Shown: positions 26,001 through 38,600 of the stretch, one piece after another
How the letters are laid out: each line of letters opens with the position of its first letter
How positions within the stretch are numbered: the first letter of the stretch is position 1
Assembly: GCA_963920595.1 (NCBI GenBank)
Contig: OY986948.1
Coordinates: 5,456,001-5,520,000, forward strand
DNA: 64,000 nucleotides
Source of the DNA: Eimeria praecox
Lineage: Eukaryota
Direction: 5' to 3'
Program-made: the position numbers and the translations under genes
The notes under the pieces: model-generated
The model's database searches: none
Told to the model about the DNA's origin: nothing
The model's input: only the letters and a program-made list of their open reading frames with translations

Positions 26001-29000
26001 GTATTTATAGAACTGGAGGGCTTATGTGTTTGCGGAGCGTGCGCTCTTGTGGCTTGCGTGACCTCGAGCGCGGTGTGATGAAGCCTTCTCTTGTGCAATA
26101 ATCGCGGTGGTTTTGCAGAGAGTATGAGCCTATTCAGGCGTCGCATTTGCGAACGCGCGGAGCGTTAAACACCTTAAATGGCCTGTAACAAATCTGAAGT
26201 CCGCGTGGCACACTTATTTCGGGGCAGCCATTGATGCTGTTTGGATTCAGGCTGTCATATGATCTGAATAGTGGGAGAACGTACCGACTACAAGGCTGTC
26301 TGCGCCAAATTGGTACAGGCAATCACCTTGGCTATGTATGGCGGCAGGTGGCATAGGGGAGGCGAGAATGGCAACGTTCAGGAAGCGTCCGTCGTCGCGA
26401 CAAATGCAGGTTATGCAGAATCACTAGTGCTTGCACAGAAGAACGCGGAACCCGTAGTCATTGGGCAACACAACGGGAAGCGGAAACACTGTTTGTGGCG
26501 AATCCCCATATTCACCAGCGGTCCTGATGCAATGCAACGAATGCAATGTACAATATGCATTCGCGGTATACTGTCCAATCCTGGTTGATCCCACAGCAAT
26601 AAAGAATGCTGCAATGACGTCCCAAGCAGCCAGCTGCTTCCTTGAGCAGTTGGTATTGAGCTTGGGCTTGGCTTGTCCCCACTGGTTGAAATAAGCTCCG
26701 TCTGGCGACGGGAATGCAGACGCTGGCTGGCTGGTGGGTGGTGTTCTCCTGCGGTAGCTTCGTCGGGATATGCAGCATACAAGGGTAGCCGTGAGGTTGG
26801 TTTGGCGATCTGTTCTCTGGCATACCCCTCACACGCTCTTTTGCCCAGCAAGTATGTGCATGATAGGTTTAGAAAGTTGCAGAGATGCAAAAAGCACAGG
26901 TATTTTGCTGCTCCTATGAAGAACCCAAAACTAAATTGTTTGACTGGGCGTTCATGCGACTATTGTCACGCTTCAGCTTGTAAGAAAGCAGCCATCGATG
27001 CTAATGTGTATACGCACATATTTGTAAAGTCTACTGGTTCTAGAGGCAGGAGTTCCTTTTGATTTGACCGTATGTATTGAGGCGGACTGCTCTGTTGCTC
27101 AGCAGACATAGTTGTGCTTGAGGCAGGGGCGGGCATTAGAAATGACATCAAGGATTTGGCGAGCCAGTATAGGTGCAGCGCAATACGTGGAAGGATGAAG
27201 CGGTGGCGAGCAATGATTCATGCAAAAGGTTCATTAGCGATAACATTAACGGTCAACCAGGTTGTGAATGATGGCAGCTGCAGTAAAAGGATGGGAATAG
27301 CAAGGAACACGCCGTGGCCGGCAATGCGACGAAGACCTGCTGTGTAAATCCGCAAGGCACTTGCATAAACGATCGCGAGGCCAGTAGTTCATTGAGCAGC
27401 TACTGATTAGAATGAGAGAAGGAACTCATAGTGCCTGCAGACTCTTACCTGCGAGCAGTATTCGTTAGGCTGCTTTTACGTCCGAGTATATGTAGCAGGT
27501 GAATGTATCACTCGCTTCCGTTCGAGTTCTCTATCTGAAGCCAAAATGTTGCGGACACTCCAACATGTCAGCAAGAAACAAACTGCAAGCATGCCCTGTG
27601 TATGCGGTTGTGAATGTCTTGAACCATGTTGAATCTCGTTGGCCTACCAGCAATACGAGACGGTACAAGGCTGCCCCATACCGTTACCTACATGGCCTTT
27701 CATTTTGTGTTGAACTTTGGCTTGATTCGCTTGCTGTTGTTGAAATCAGCTCCCTACGTCCATGGAACATATGCCGCATTTGGCGGGGAGCTTGGGGGCT
27801 TGCACATGTAAGCAACGTGAATTCAGGTTTATGGGCACGTTCCGGCAAGCCTTGTCTGGCGTTACGTCCGTGCCCTGTTTTGGCCAGAAAGTATGCATTG
27901 CTTAGCTGGGGGGTGTGACAGTGGGAAACGTTTAGCAACGGGAAACGTTTGTGGCACGCCTCAAAGGGGCGGAGGGAATTTACTTTTTTGTGTGGTCATG
28001 AGCGTTCATACGCTTCCCACATGGATGCAAATGCGAATGCAGAGTTCAGGAGCTGCCATTCGAACGAAAGGGGGGATTTTGTCTGCTATAACTGTGCCCT
28101 GTTGGGGAATCTACTGGTGTGGTGTTGCTTGGCCACACCCCATGCAGCCGGCTGCATTGTTTTACATACAGTATTAGGCTTACACTTGGCTGGCTGCAGG
28201 AGGCTGAAATACGCTGAGTCTGCCGATAGGAGTATATTATTTTAGGCGGCGGGGTTGGGCATGTGTATGTGTGAGCATCGTGGCGGTGTGCATTCTGTGT
28301 GCGTGTCTACGGCCCGGATGTGGAGAAGCCTCCTCTGCCGTTACGACGCTCGCAATTTTGAACAGCAAGTATGCGCACTATTAGCTGCACGCTATGCGAA
28401 GATGCAGGGCATTTACCATCTCAAAACTGTTTGTAGCTCAGTTTGTGGCACGTGTGAAGTACTCGAAGGGTCCCATTATCATGGCTCCGTTATGGGTACT
28501 GATACGCTCCAGACTGTATGGAAACAGCAATGGACGAATTCGCGTGCTTGAATACAAAGTTTAAGAGTTGCGTTGCAAGAAGAGGGAAATCGTTTCGCAT
28601 TAGCAGTGTTATATTTTGGTTTCAGCTGGGACGGTGTTTTCTGATACGCAGTGCCCGTTTGCGTCGCAGTATGTGGCAATAGAAACAATGCCACACAATT
28701 GGCGAAGCACAATAGGTGCAGCGCAGTACGTTAAACGAGGGGGCGGCGATTACGCGATGATTTGTACCAAGCGTTCAATAGCGCTGTCGAGGTTCCCTAT
28801 TTTGAATGACGAGAGGTATCCGGAGAAGGATGGAGTAGCGAAGTAGGGGTAGAGGCCGACAAGGGAACCAGCACAAGCTGTGCAAATTCACATGGCGCTC
28901 GCCCGAATAAACACGGACCCTGTAGCTTGCTGCGTGGCTCTGGGTAAAGCTAAAGAAAATGACCTGGTGGAACACGCAGTTGCTTCTGCTTTGGTGGGAT

Positions 29001-31222
29001 TTCTTGAGCGATTTTGTGTTTGGAGTAGTTGCAATTTCTGTGTCACCCATTTTCTTCCGGGCTCAGCATCTTATGGAAACGTATTAATGGACCTTCAGCA
29101 TACCAGGAAGAGACGAAAGCAAAGTTCAACTCGCGTTCCCCAGTTTACACAAAAGTGATGCCGCCTAACCGTCTTCGTCACTTCTGATTCTCCTTGGTCT
29201 TCGAGCAAGAGCCCATTCGACAAAAACGACCCATACAACTAGGTGCAGCCTTTTTAACTAGTTGTCAGGCTTGGGCGTAGTTTGCGTTCCATCCCTGAAA
29301 TTGGCTCCGTCTGCCGGTATGAGTACAGTGGGATTTTGCGGAGGACCAGGGGACAAACGCATACGAACATCGTGGGGCTACCTCCTCTGTGTGCGCGTCT
29401 AGGGATGGAGTGTGGCAAAGCATTCTCTTGCGTTCCAGTAAACCTTTGCCTTGCTCAGGAAGTATGCGCATAACATTTCTGGATGAGTTGTGGAGTAGTG
29501 GAGCGTTCACCAAGCCGAAACCTTTGTAACAAACCTGGAGCACCCCTGAGACATTCAGTTTTAAGTGCAGCCATATGTGCTGTTACGTTTCAGTATGTAC
29601 GGGAGAAGGCATGAATTTGTATAGTTGTGCACATAGACTCACGGGTTTGTGATGGGACAAGCAAAAACATGTTTTGCTTTAGGAAGGTTCGCTCTTCGTT
29701 TCGCTTGGATGTGGGTGTTTCGATGCGCGACCCGCGTATGCGAGACAGGCTGGCACAAAAACACGATGACTGTGACTTGAGGTGGCGGTATACGACCTTG
29801 AATATGTATGGGGGAGATACTACACGAGTTGGTGCAAAACAAATAAGCATTGGCGATCAACTGGATTATGTATGACGGCAGTTGTTCTGCGGAGAACTGG
29901 AGTAGCAGAATGCGGAAAGCGTCCGACAGCTCGACTAACATAGGCCGTGAAAAATCGCACGTACCTTGCACAAAATGGGGCGGGACCCCTAACTCAGTGC
30001 ATAGCTATTGCGTAACAGAATCCGTAGTGCCGAATCCGTAGTGCAGGGGGGAGCCTGATTTGGGGATGCTGGTGAAGCTGTTTTGCGCTCAGAATAAGAG
30101 CCATTTATGAATATGACATGCATTTTCTTTCTCCCTCAGTACAGTAGACGAACGAGTTGATGACACCTCAAGGGTTACAACACTTCAGGGGGGACGCTCA
30201 CGGGAAGCGGGCACCTGCTGTACAGGGACGTGAGATCTCCCGAACATCTTCCAGCAAAAAGCGAGTCGATAAGGAGGCCCGACTCAGCAAGCTGCCTCGT
30301 TTTGGAGTCGGCGTAGGGCAAGGGTTGGGCTGGCTTGTTCTGGCGGGAACTAACTCCGCCTGCCTATAGGATACGATACAGCATTTGGCGGAGAGCCAGG
30401 GAATTTCCCTGGTAGGCATCGGGAGGCTGCGCAATTTGTGTGTTCGCCTCTACACGCGCGTCTTGGCGAAGCCGTCTCTGGCCCTCCAAATGCTCGTTCC
30501 TTTGACCAGGATGTATGCATTCAGAAGCAAAGTCATCTGTTGGGTGCGGTTATGATTATTGATACTTTCCAAGCTATCTGGTTTGCAGGTTTGGACGTGT
30601 ATGCGCGTGCCCAATGGTTTATGCAGTGGCAGCTCCAGGTTTTGGCATCGACGGGCATTGAGTATTTCGATGCACTATACGTGTCTGCACATTACAAACG
30701 ATGTCAGGCTCTTTTCGAGGCAGAATATGCGCAGCCCAGTAGAGGAGACACAGGCCACGCGGTGATTTGTGCAAGCCGTTGTTGGTTTAAAATCACCGCA
30801 GAGTCGGTGCTTCCTTCAATAGTAGTACCGGCCGCCAGCCAAGTTATTCATGGAGGTACTTGTGCAAAGGGCATGAATAACGGTGTAAGGGCCTCGGCAA
30901 GAACTGCGGCCAACACGAGTTGTCTAGATTCCCATAGCAGTTACTCAGAACACGGTGCTAGAAGGTCGTTTTGCGGTTACTGGATTGCAGACCTGAATGG
31001 GGGGCTCGATGTGCAGGAAACTGATGCGGCTATACTGGCTAGACTGCTTTGCGCTAGGAGTAGATGCATTTAACGAATGCTTCGCTGGCCTTCGTTCGAA
31101 CTTTGCATCCTGCAGGGCACCTTCGCGTAATCAAATGCGAGGGCCGCAAAAGCATGGATGCATCCAACCATGCATGCACGTGCTCGCTATAAGTCCTTCA
31201 TCTTGTCGACATTTTCTGTGTC

Positions 31223-31617
31223 GCCGTTGCGATCGTTTGCCGTTTTGGGCAGCGAGTACGCAAAAAATTGTCAGCCTGAGTTTCTGGAGAGGCGGAGCGT
31301 TTAGTAGCTAGAACAATGTGTAGCAAATCTGTTGTACGCGAAGTAAATTCCTCTTGGAGCGGTTATGGGTCCTGCTCCTTTCCAGGCACCCTGACGGTAG
31401 GCATGGATGCGTGCGCGCGTGGGTGCAGATTCGTCGAGCTGCACGTTGAGGGGAAGTGGGGTTTGCTTCTCCTTTCACCGTGCTGTGTTTTTGTGTCTGC
31501 TCCGTTTCGCTATTTCGACACGTAATGTGCGTTTGGTAGGGGTGAGGATGGCACTACAAACGATGTCAGTGAACTGGTAAGGCAGCAAATCTGCAGCGCA
31601 TTGCTTGGTAGTGGGAA
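31223..31617 (+). repeat. ~395-bp near-identical duplication, copy 1 (partner 32290-32684, offset 1067)
   Basis: GCCGTTTTGGGCAGCGAGTACGCAAAAAATTGTCAGCC...CATTGCTTGGTAGTGGGAA occurs in both. ORFs 31316-31525 and 32383-32592 differ at 2 of 69 residues. Confidence 0.93.
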
Positions 31618-32289
31618 GCAGGGGCTTACAGTGATTTGTGTCCAGCCACCGGTAGCACAGGTGATTAGCCCCGCGTTGCATGATGGGAGCAGTTTGCGAG
31701 GGGGAAGAATAGTGAATGGGGAGTCGAGCCTGACAGTGCAACCGCCACAAGCTGAATAGCTCGACGTGACCTTTACATAGAAGGGCGAATCAGTAAATCA
31801 GTGTGTAGTGTTTGAGTATTGCGTAGTCTCGCAGGACAAACAGTGTAAGGCTTTACCCCTGATTTGCCTAGGTTAGCTACGCTGTTCGCAATATGTGTAA
31901 CTTAAGACCGTGTCGCTGATATGATGTTGAGCTAAACATCTCGCTTCCAGATGTTCGTAGCAGCTTTCCCCCAGCGTCAGGGGAGCACACAACGCGAAGA
32001 CGCATTATACGTCATGCATGAAATGCATTGTCTCCGCCTTTACACCTCTGATACTCCTGGGCCTTCCGAACATAAGCAGTGTAACAAGGGTCCCCCATAC
32101 AGCCATCTGCACCTTCAGTTGGCAGTAAGCTCGGGCAAGTGTGGGCATCCCTTATTGAAAGACGCTGTCTCCAGATAAGCGTGTGAACAGTATTTGACAG
32201 GAAGCTAGAAGACAGGTGTGTGCTCGCACCGCGAGGTTACGCGGTTTGTGTTCAATACTTCACGGACACGGCGTGGCGAAGCTTGCTTT

Positions 32290-32684
32290 GCCGTTGCAAT
32301 CGTTCGCCGTTTTGGGCAGCGAGTACGCAAAAAATTGTCAGCCTGAGTTTCTGGAGAGGCGGAGCGTTTAGTAGCTAGAACAATGTGTAGCAAATCTGTT
32401 GTACGCGAAGTAAATTCCTCTTCGAGCGGTTGTGGGTCCTGCTCCTTTCCAGGCACCCTGACGGTAGGCATGGATGCGTGCGCGCGTGGGTGCAGATTCG
32501 TCGAGCTGCACGTTGAGGGGAAGTGGGGTTTGCTTCTCCTTTCACCGTGCTGTGTTTTTGTGTCTGCTCCGTTTCGCTATTTCGACACGTAATGTGCGTT
32601 TGGTAGGGGTGAGGATGGCACTACAAGCGATGTCAGTGAACTGGTAAGGCAGCAAATCTGCAGCGCATTGCTTGGTAGTGGGAA
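32290..32684 (+). repeat. ~395-bp near-identical duplication, copy 2
   Basis: Matches 31223-31617 at offset 1067; the flanks on both sides are only distantly related. Confidence 0.93.
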
Positions 32685-35600
32685 CCCACAATGCCGGTAG
32701 CAGGACAGGAGAAATTCGCACCTTGTGCAAATGTTTGGCAACACAAAAAAAATCGGAGAACGTGTTTTTGCTTGCCGCTGCTTCTGGTTTGGTGGAGTTA
32801 GTTATGCTATTTTGCGGAGGGCTTGGATGTAACTCATGAGTTTGTTGCTGATATTCATTCGAGCAAGCCGCACGGTATTTGAAAAGCGCTAGGGAAGCAA
32901 CATGTGTAAACACTGTGCGGCTATGAATCTTGCGTGCGCGTGTGTGCCGAGACAATGGGACGGAGCCTTATCTTGCGATACAGCCGCGCGACCTTTGCCC
33001 AGAGAGTATGCATACTGTCTGCTGCCAGATTTGCGCAGGCGTGAAGCGCTTAGCACCTACATCAGTTTGTAGACAATCTGAACTTCTCCAAGCAAATTCA
33101 CATCGACGGGCGAAGGCGATACAGTGCACTATGCTCCGCATGCGTGATACATCTTCTTTCTGAACATCCCCGATTCTCTTTGGTCATCTAGCGGTGAACA
33201 TTTCGAAAAGGACCATGTAAGAGGTGAATCGTCCTGCATTTGTAATTGGCCTTACACTTGGTTCGATTGCCCTGATTGAGCTAGCATCTACCCGGCAAAT
33301 AGGTGTGTCCACACTATTTGGTGAGTCCTAGAGAACCTGTAAGCATGAGCTTCGTTAAGGTATTCATTTTATGTGCACTCTTCTTGAGACTCGGGTTGGG
33401 AAGTCGAATCTGGAGTTACGATACTCTCTTCCCAGAGAGTATGGGCATAATTTGTTGCAACAGTTGCGGAGATGATAAGCGTTCAGCATATAGAGCAATC
33501 TGCACCACGCTTGAAGCAACAAAAGCAAATACATCCACTAGGCACAACTGTGAGCGCGCTTTCGCTTCAGGTTGCTTGGTGGTTGTCACGCATATGCCTG
33601 TAAAGGCACCCGTATGTACGTTGCAGTGTGAGGAAAAGTGGAAGCAACTGCCGCCTTAACCGTGTTCGTTTTTCCCCGCACTGGGGCAAAATGGTTCAGC
33701 CCTGCAGCAAGCGTATAGGAGATATATCCTGGCATTACAAATGATTTCAATGAACTGGTGAGGCAGCAGCTGTAAAATGCAATACGTGGTAGAAGGAAAC
33801 ATCGACTACGCGGTGCCTTGCGCCACGTGTTTCGCAGTATCGATTGCTAGCCAAGTTATATGGAATGGCACCTGTTGTGGAAATGGCAAGAGCATCGAAA
33901 TGCAGGCAACCGCCCATAGTGCATGCAACGGAAGTAATGTAAATCTGCAAGGCTCCTGCACAGAAAAAGGCAGACCCTGTAGTTCAATGTGTAGTTACTG
34001 GGTAGCCCACAAGAATGTCTAACACCTTGTGCAAGGAGACTCTTCCAGTTAGGTGAGATTAGCCCAGCTGTTTTGTTTTCGGTATGTGCACAATTTATTC
34101 ACCTCCCGCCGATAATCTTTTGAGCTAGACACTTCGCGGCAGGGTGCACCTGGAATGTTTCCGTACTCCTCAGAGGAGAACGCGGTACAGTGCATCCGAG
34201 CGAGTGGTGTATGCTCAGCATTTTCAACATTTTCGACTCCCTTTGGCCGCCCGGCCACAATGATTTTGCAAGGGCGCCTCATGCAACCAGCTGCATCGCT
34301 TTGCAGTAAGTATAACACTTGGGCTAAGCTTGCTTGCCTATGTTGAAATAAGGCGCCACTGACGATATGATTATAGGCAGTGCTTGGCAGAACGCTGCAA
34401 AGCCTGCACACATGACCTCCGTGGGATTATGCGTTTTGTACGGCCGCAGGTACAGGCACGATGAAGAGACGTTTCTTCTATTGTTGAGACTACGCACCGC
34501 GTTTGCCAGATTGTATGCGCATCACTAGTTACCAGGGTCGCCGATCTACTAGGCGTTTTGCAGTTAGAACATCTTCTAGCAGAAGTGTAAGATCCAAAGA
34601 AAGTTCAACTTCTTGGAGTTGCTACGGATGCTTACCCTTTCCAGGCAGCCTGGTGGTAGAACTGAGTGTCTAAGTGGGTGCAGGCTGGTTATGGAGCTCC
34701 AGCACTGCGATAATTGAGCTTCGTCTTGGTTTAACGTGCCTCTGCTTTTATATCTACTATAGCGGGGGGACGGGATAAACAATAAGCCTTTGCGAGGCAG
34801 TAGCTAGCATTGCAAACGGTGTCAGGGAACTGGTGAGGCAGTCTATATGCAACGCTGCACATGATAGGAGGAAGACGCGACTAGGAGATTGCTTTCGCCA
34901 AATGTTGGGCATCATTAATGCACGCCAGTTATGCATGAAAGTAGTTGTGCTACGAAGGACGACAGTAGCAAAGTACAGGCTGCGAGTTGCGTAAATCCGC
35001 ATGATGCTTGCACACAAGCAACGACAGCTCATTCTGTCGTTGCTGGCTTGCTTGCGCAGAAGTGATCGGGACTCGTAGTGTAGGTGAACATTCTTGACAC
35101 TGGCACCGGCGAGACTGGTAAAGACTTTTTTATTCGGGGTAGGTGCGAATTATGAATGTGTCACCGATATTCTTTGGGTCTAGCAAACTCGGTGCACGGC
35201 GTTCGTACAGTTTTTCCACCGGGAGTAGAGGCGACAGTGACGCAAGGCATCTTTCTCACGTGGGTGATACACCGTGCCTTTCGTATAACTCCTAGAGAGC
35301 CGTTAGTCCCCCAATAAACCGGGGCGGTGCGCGGATGCCGTATCAATCCAGCTGCATCGTTCTGCTCTTTCTATTGGACTTCTGCTTGTTTGCTTGCCCT
35401 GCTTGAGGTCAGTTTCAGCTGGCGATAGGACTATAAACAGTATTTTGCCAGGGAGCAACGGGACCTGTTATGTGTGAACATTGTGAAATTCTGTCGGTTT
35501 TGTGCGCGTTTCTACGGGCGCGCTGTTGACACCTTCCCCAACTTCACGACAGTGCACTGTGCTGCTCAGGTAGTATGCGGTTTGGGCGTAGTACGATAAT

Positions 35601-38600
35601 GGATTTTGTAACTCCCGAACTGTGTAGTGGTTGGAATGAATATGCGTGTGAATAGGGGGGTGAAAGCAGACTCGTGGGAATGCACTGTGAGGTGGAGCTA
35701 AGTGATTTAACAGTGCCCGTCTTCGGTATTTATGGCAATGCGTTTAGGTGCGGAATATTTGAAATGCGCAAATTCATTATGAATCTGTTTCTGATATTAT
35801 TCGAAGCTAGCCTTCGCGACAAGATGTTTGGACGGTCTGAACTCGATGCACGGCACCTTGATCCATGCCCTCCACCTGAGCTTTTCGCCCTTAACGATTT
35901 GCGGCTTTCGTTTTCTAAATGAAAAAAGCGATCCACGTACGATGCCTCATGCAGCCACATGCACTGTCTTGCAGTTCATGCTTAGCTTTGGTTTGATTCG
36001 CTTTCCCTGGTTGAGCGCCTCTGGCGATAAGTGTATGCCCTGTGTTTGGTGTGCTTCTACTGGGCCTGTGCGTGTGAGACTTCTGAGGGTTTGCAGCTTG
36101 TGCGCGCTTCTCTAGAGTCACGGTGTGGCGAGGCCTTCCCTAACTTTCCGGTCCCTCGCTGCTTTTGCCAGGAAATATGGGCCCAATTAGCTCCTGGAAT
36201 AGCGGATATACTGATCAATTAGCACCGTGAACACATTGTAAAGCCCCTGAAGGAAACAAAACAGAACCCTCGTTTTGGCGCACGATGCTATTGGGTTTTG
36301 TGTTGTCTGGTGGTTGGCATGGATGCATATGGGAACAAATATATGCAGATGCATGGTGCCGCGGTGTGAAGAAAGGCGGGAACTCGCATTGCTTTTGCCG
36401 TTCTTTGTCTGGGCTTTGAAACGCTGTAAGCGTTTGCGAAACGGTGCGTGGCATCACAAACAATATCAATAGGTTTTTTCTGGGGTATGTGCAGCTCAAT
36501 ACGTAGTACGAGGAAGCAATATCTGCTTCATGACTTGTGTTGAATGTATAGAAGCCTAGGTGGCAATTAAGCCCGTTTTTTTTGGCGGACGGTAGTAGCG
36601 GCTGGCTGGCTGCGGCTCTACCAATACGGGGTGAGTAAGTCCTCATGGTGCTTCCGTAGCCAGTTGCGTGGTTAATGAGCAGTGCAGAAGAAGACGGAGC
36701 TCGTCGTCCACAGTGGCATTTTTGGTCCGTTCAGAATAGCGATGCTGTTTCTGGTTCGTCGCAGGCCGAGTCAGTGGACGTGCTGCTCATATAATTTTGA
36801 GCTAGTCATTTAGCCACGTGCCCGTAGAGCCGATTTTAGAGGGACATTCAGTGGAGCCAGATGCATCGTTCTGCGGCTTTTATTGCGCTTGGCTTCGTAT
36901 AAGCTTATTCTAGTGATAGACGTTGATAACCAAGTTTGGCGGTGCGCTGGAGGGACCTTCATATGTGAACACTGCGAAGGTATATGGTTTATCTTGGTGC
37001 CTTTGCGGTGAAATTGTGTTGAATCCTTCTCCGGAGTTGCAACCGTGTGCTCTTCTTGCCAGGAAGTATGACAGGATTAACTGTCAGAGTTGCGAAGATG
37101 CGGGGCGTTTAGCGGTTAAAGCAGTTTGTGGCAACTCTGAAGCACCCGAAGGAAATTCATTTTCTTGGCCTCGCCATCGGCTGTGTAACGTCTCGGGCCC
37201 TCTGATTTCGGGCATGGATACATGTACGGATGCCTGCAGATCTGTGGAGTGGCAGTGTGAAGGAAAATGAGATCTCATTTTATTCGGGCCGTGTTGGCCT
37301 TTTGTGCATCCACTGGCTTGGTGCGTTGCGATGCTGCGATTTGCGTTTGCGAGATATAGTCTGGCGTTACATACAACTGGGGGACAACGAGGCCAACACG
37401 AATTGTGCTCAACTGCATGGAGGTTGCCAAGGGGAATGCAGAACTCGAACCTCATTGTGCAGTGACTGACCAGCGCAAAACAAACAGTAATTCGTAATGT
37501 GAGAAGATAGTCCTTGTTCCACAAGATTAGTTAAGCTATTGTGAATTCAAGAGAGGGCTTGTTTATGAGTTTGCCGCTGATATCCTCCCGAGCAAGCCAT
37601 CTCCCGGTAAGGCACTTGCTTCACCACCCATCAGCATCAGAGGTGTGGGTGATGAAGCTCTTCCTAGCTCGCGTACACGATGAATGCTTTTTAATCATGA
37701 GGCATGAGGCATGCTGATTTTCGTTAGCCGCCCAACAAGAAGCGATTCAACAAGGACTCTCCGCACAGCCTCCTCTACGGTTCTACATGCTGACCCGATT
37801 GCCCTGATTGAAATACGCCTTATCTGTAAGTTGGAGCTAACATAGTACTTTGCGGAGTGCTAGTGGAGCTGCATGAGTGAGCACCGTGCCGCTAAGCAGC
37901 TTGTGTGCATGCGTATAAGGATACGGAGTGACAACTTACTTTATGGCGTTGCGACCGCGCGCCCTTTTGCCCTTCGACAAACCGCCATCTTCGCGACGAG
38001 GGTGTGCCAACTCCTACGTTTCAGGCTGTATGAGCAGGCCTGGATGTGTACGCGCATCCGTGCAAATTTGTGGCGTTGCAGCCTGGGGATCAGTCGTGAT
38101 GTGCTTCTATGCATGGTTTGCGTTCGATATACAGAATTTCATCTTACAAACAGCATCACTAAATTGGTGCGGCAGTATGCGTGCAACGCAATACCTAGTA
38201 AGAAGCAACAAAGACGACGCGCTGGCTCATACCGAGAGTTCACTAGCGCTGGCGATCCGTTCGGTTGTGCATTATGGCAGCAGGTCGGAGGAAGACAGGA
38301 ATAGCGAAGGGCGATCCGAAGCGGATAGCTCGGCCAAAGCGAGTTGTGTAGATTTTGCATGGTGTTGTACATAACAGCGCGGAACTCATAGCTCACCGTG
38401 AAGTTACTAAATAGACCAATTCAAGCCGGGAACCGTTAGGTAGGCACGTGCTTCTGGGTGGGCTAAAATAGTGAAGCCGTTTTTCTTCCGGAGTGGATGC
38501 AGCGCACGACTGTGTCGCTTCTTTCCGTTCGAGCAAGGCATCTTAGCATTAAAAACGTATGCCATTATAGCATGATAAGCGGAAGAAAACGAGAAGCAGG

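Noticed and set aside
30018..30044. GAATCCGTAGTGC doubled at a 14-bp period
   Set aside because: A trivial slippage duplication with nothing inserted between the copies.
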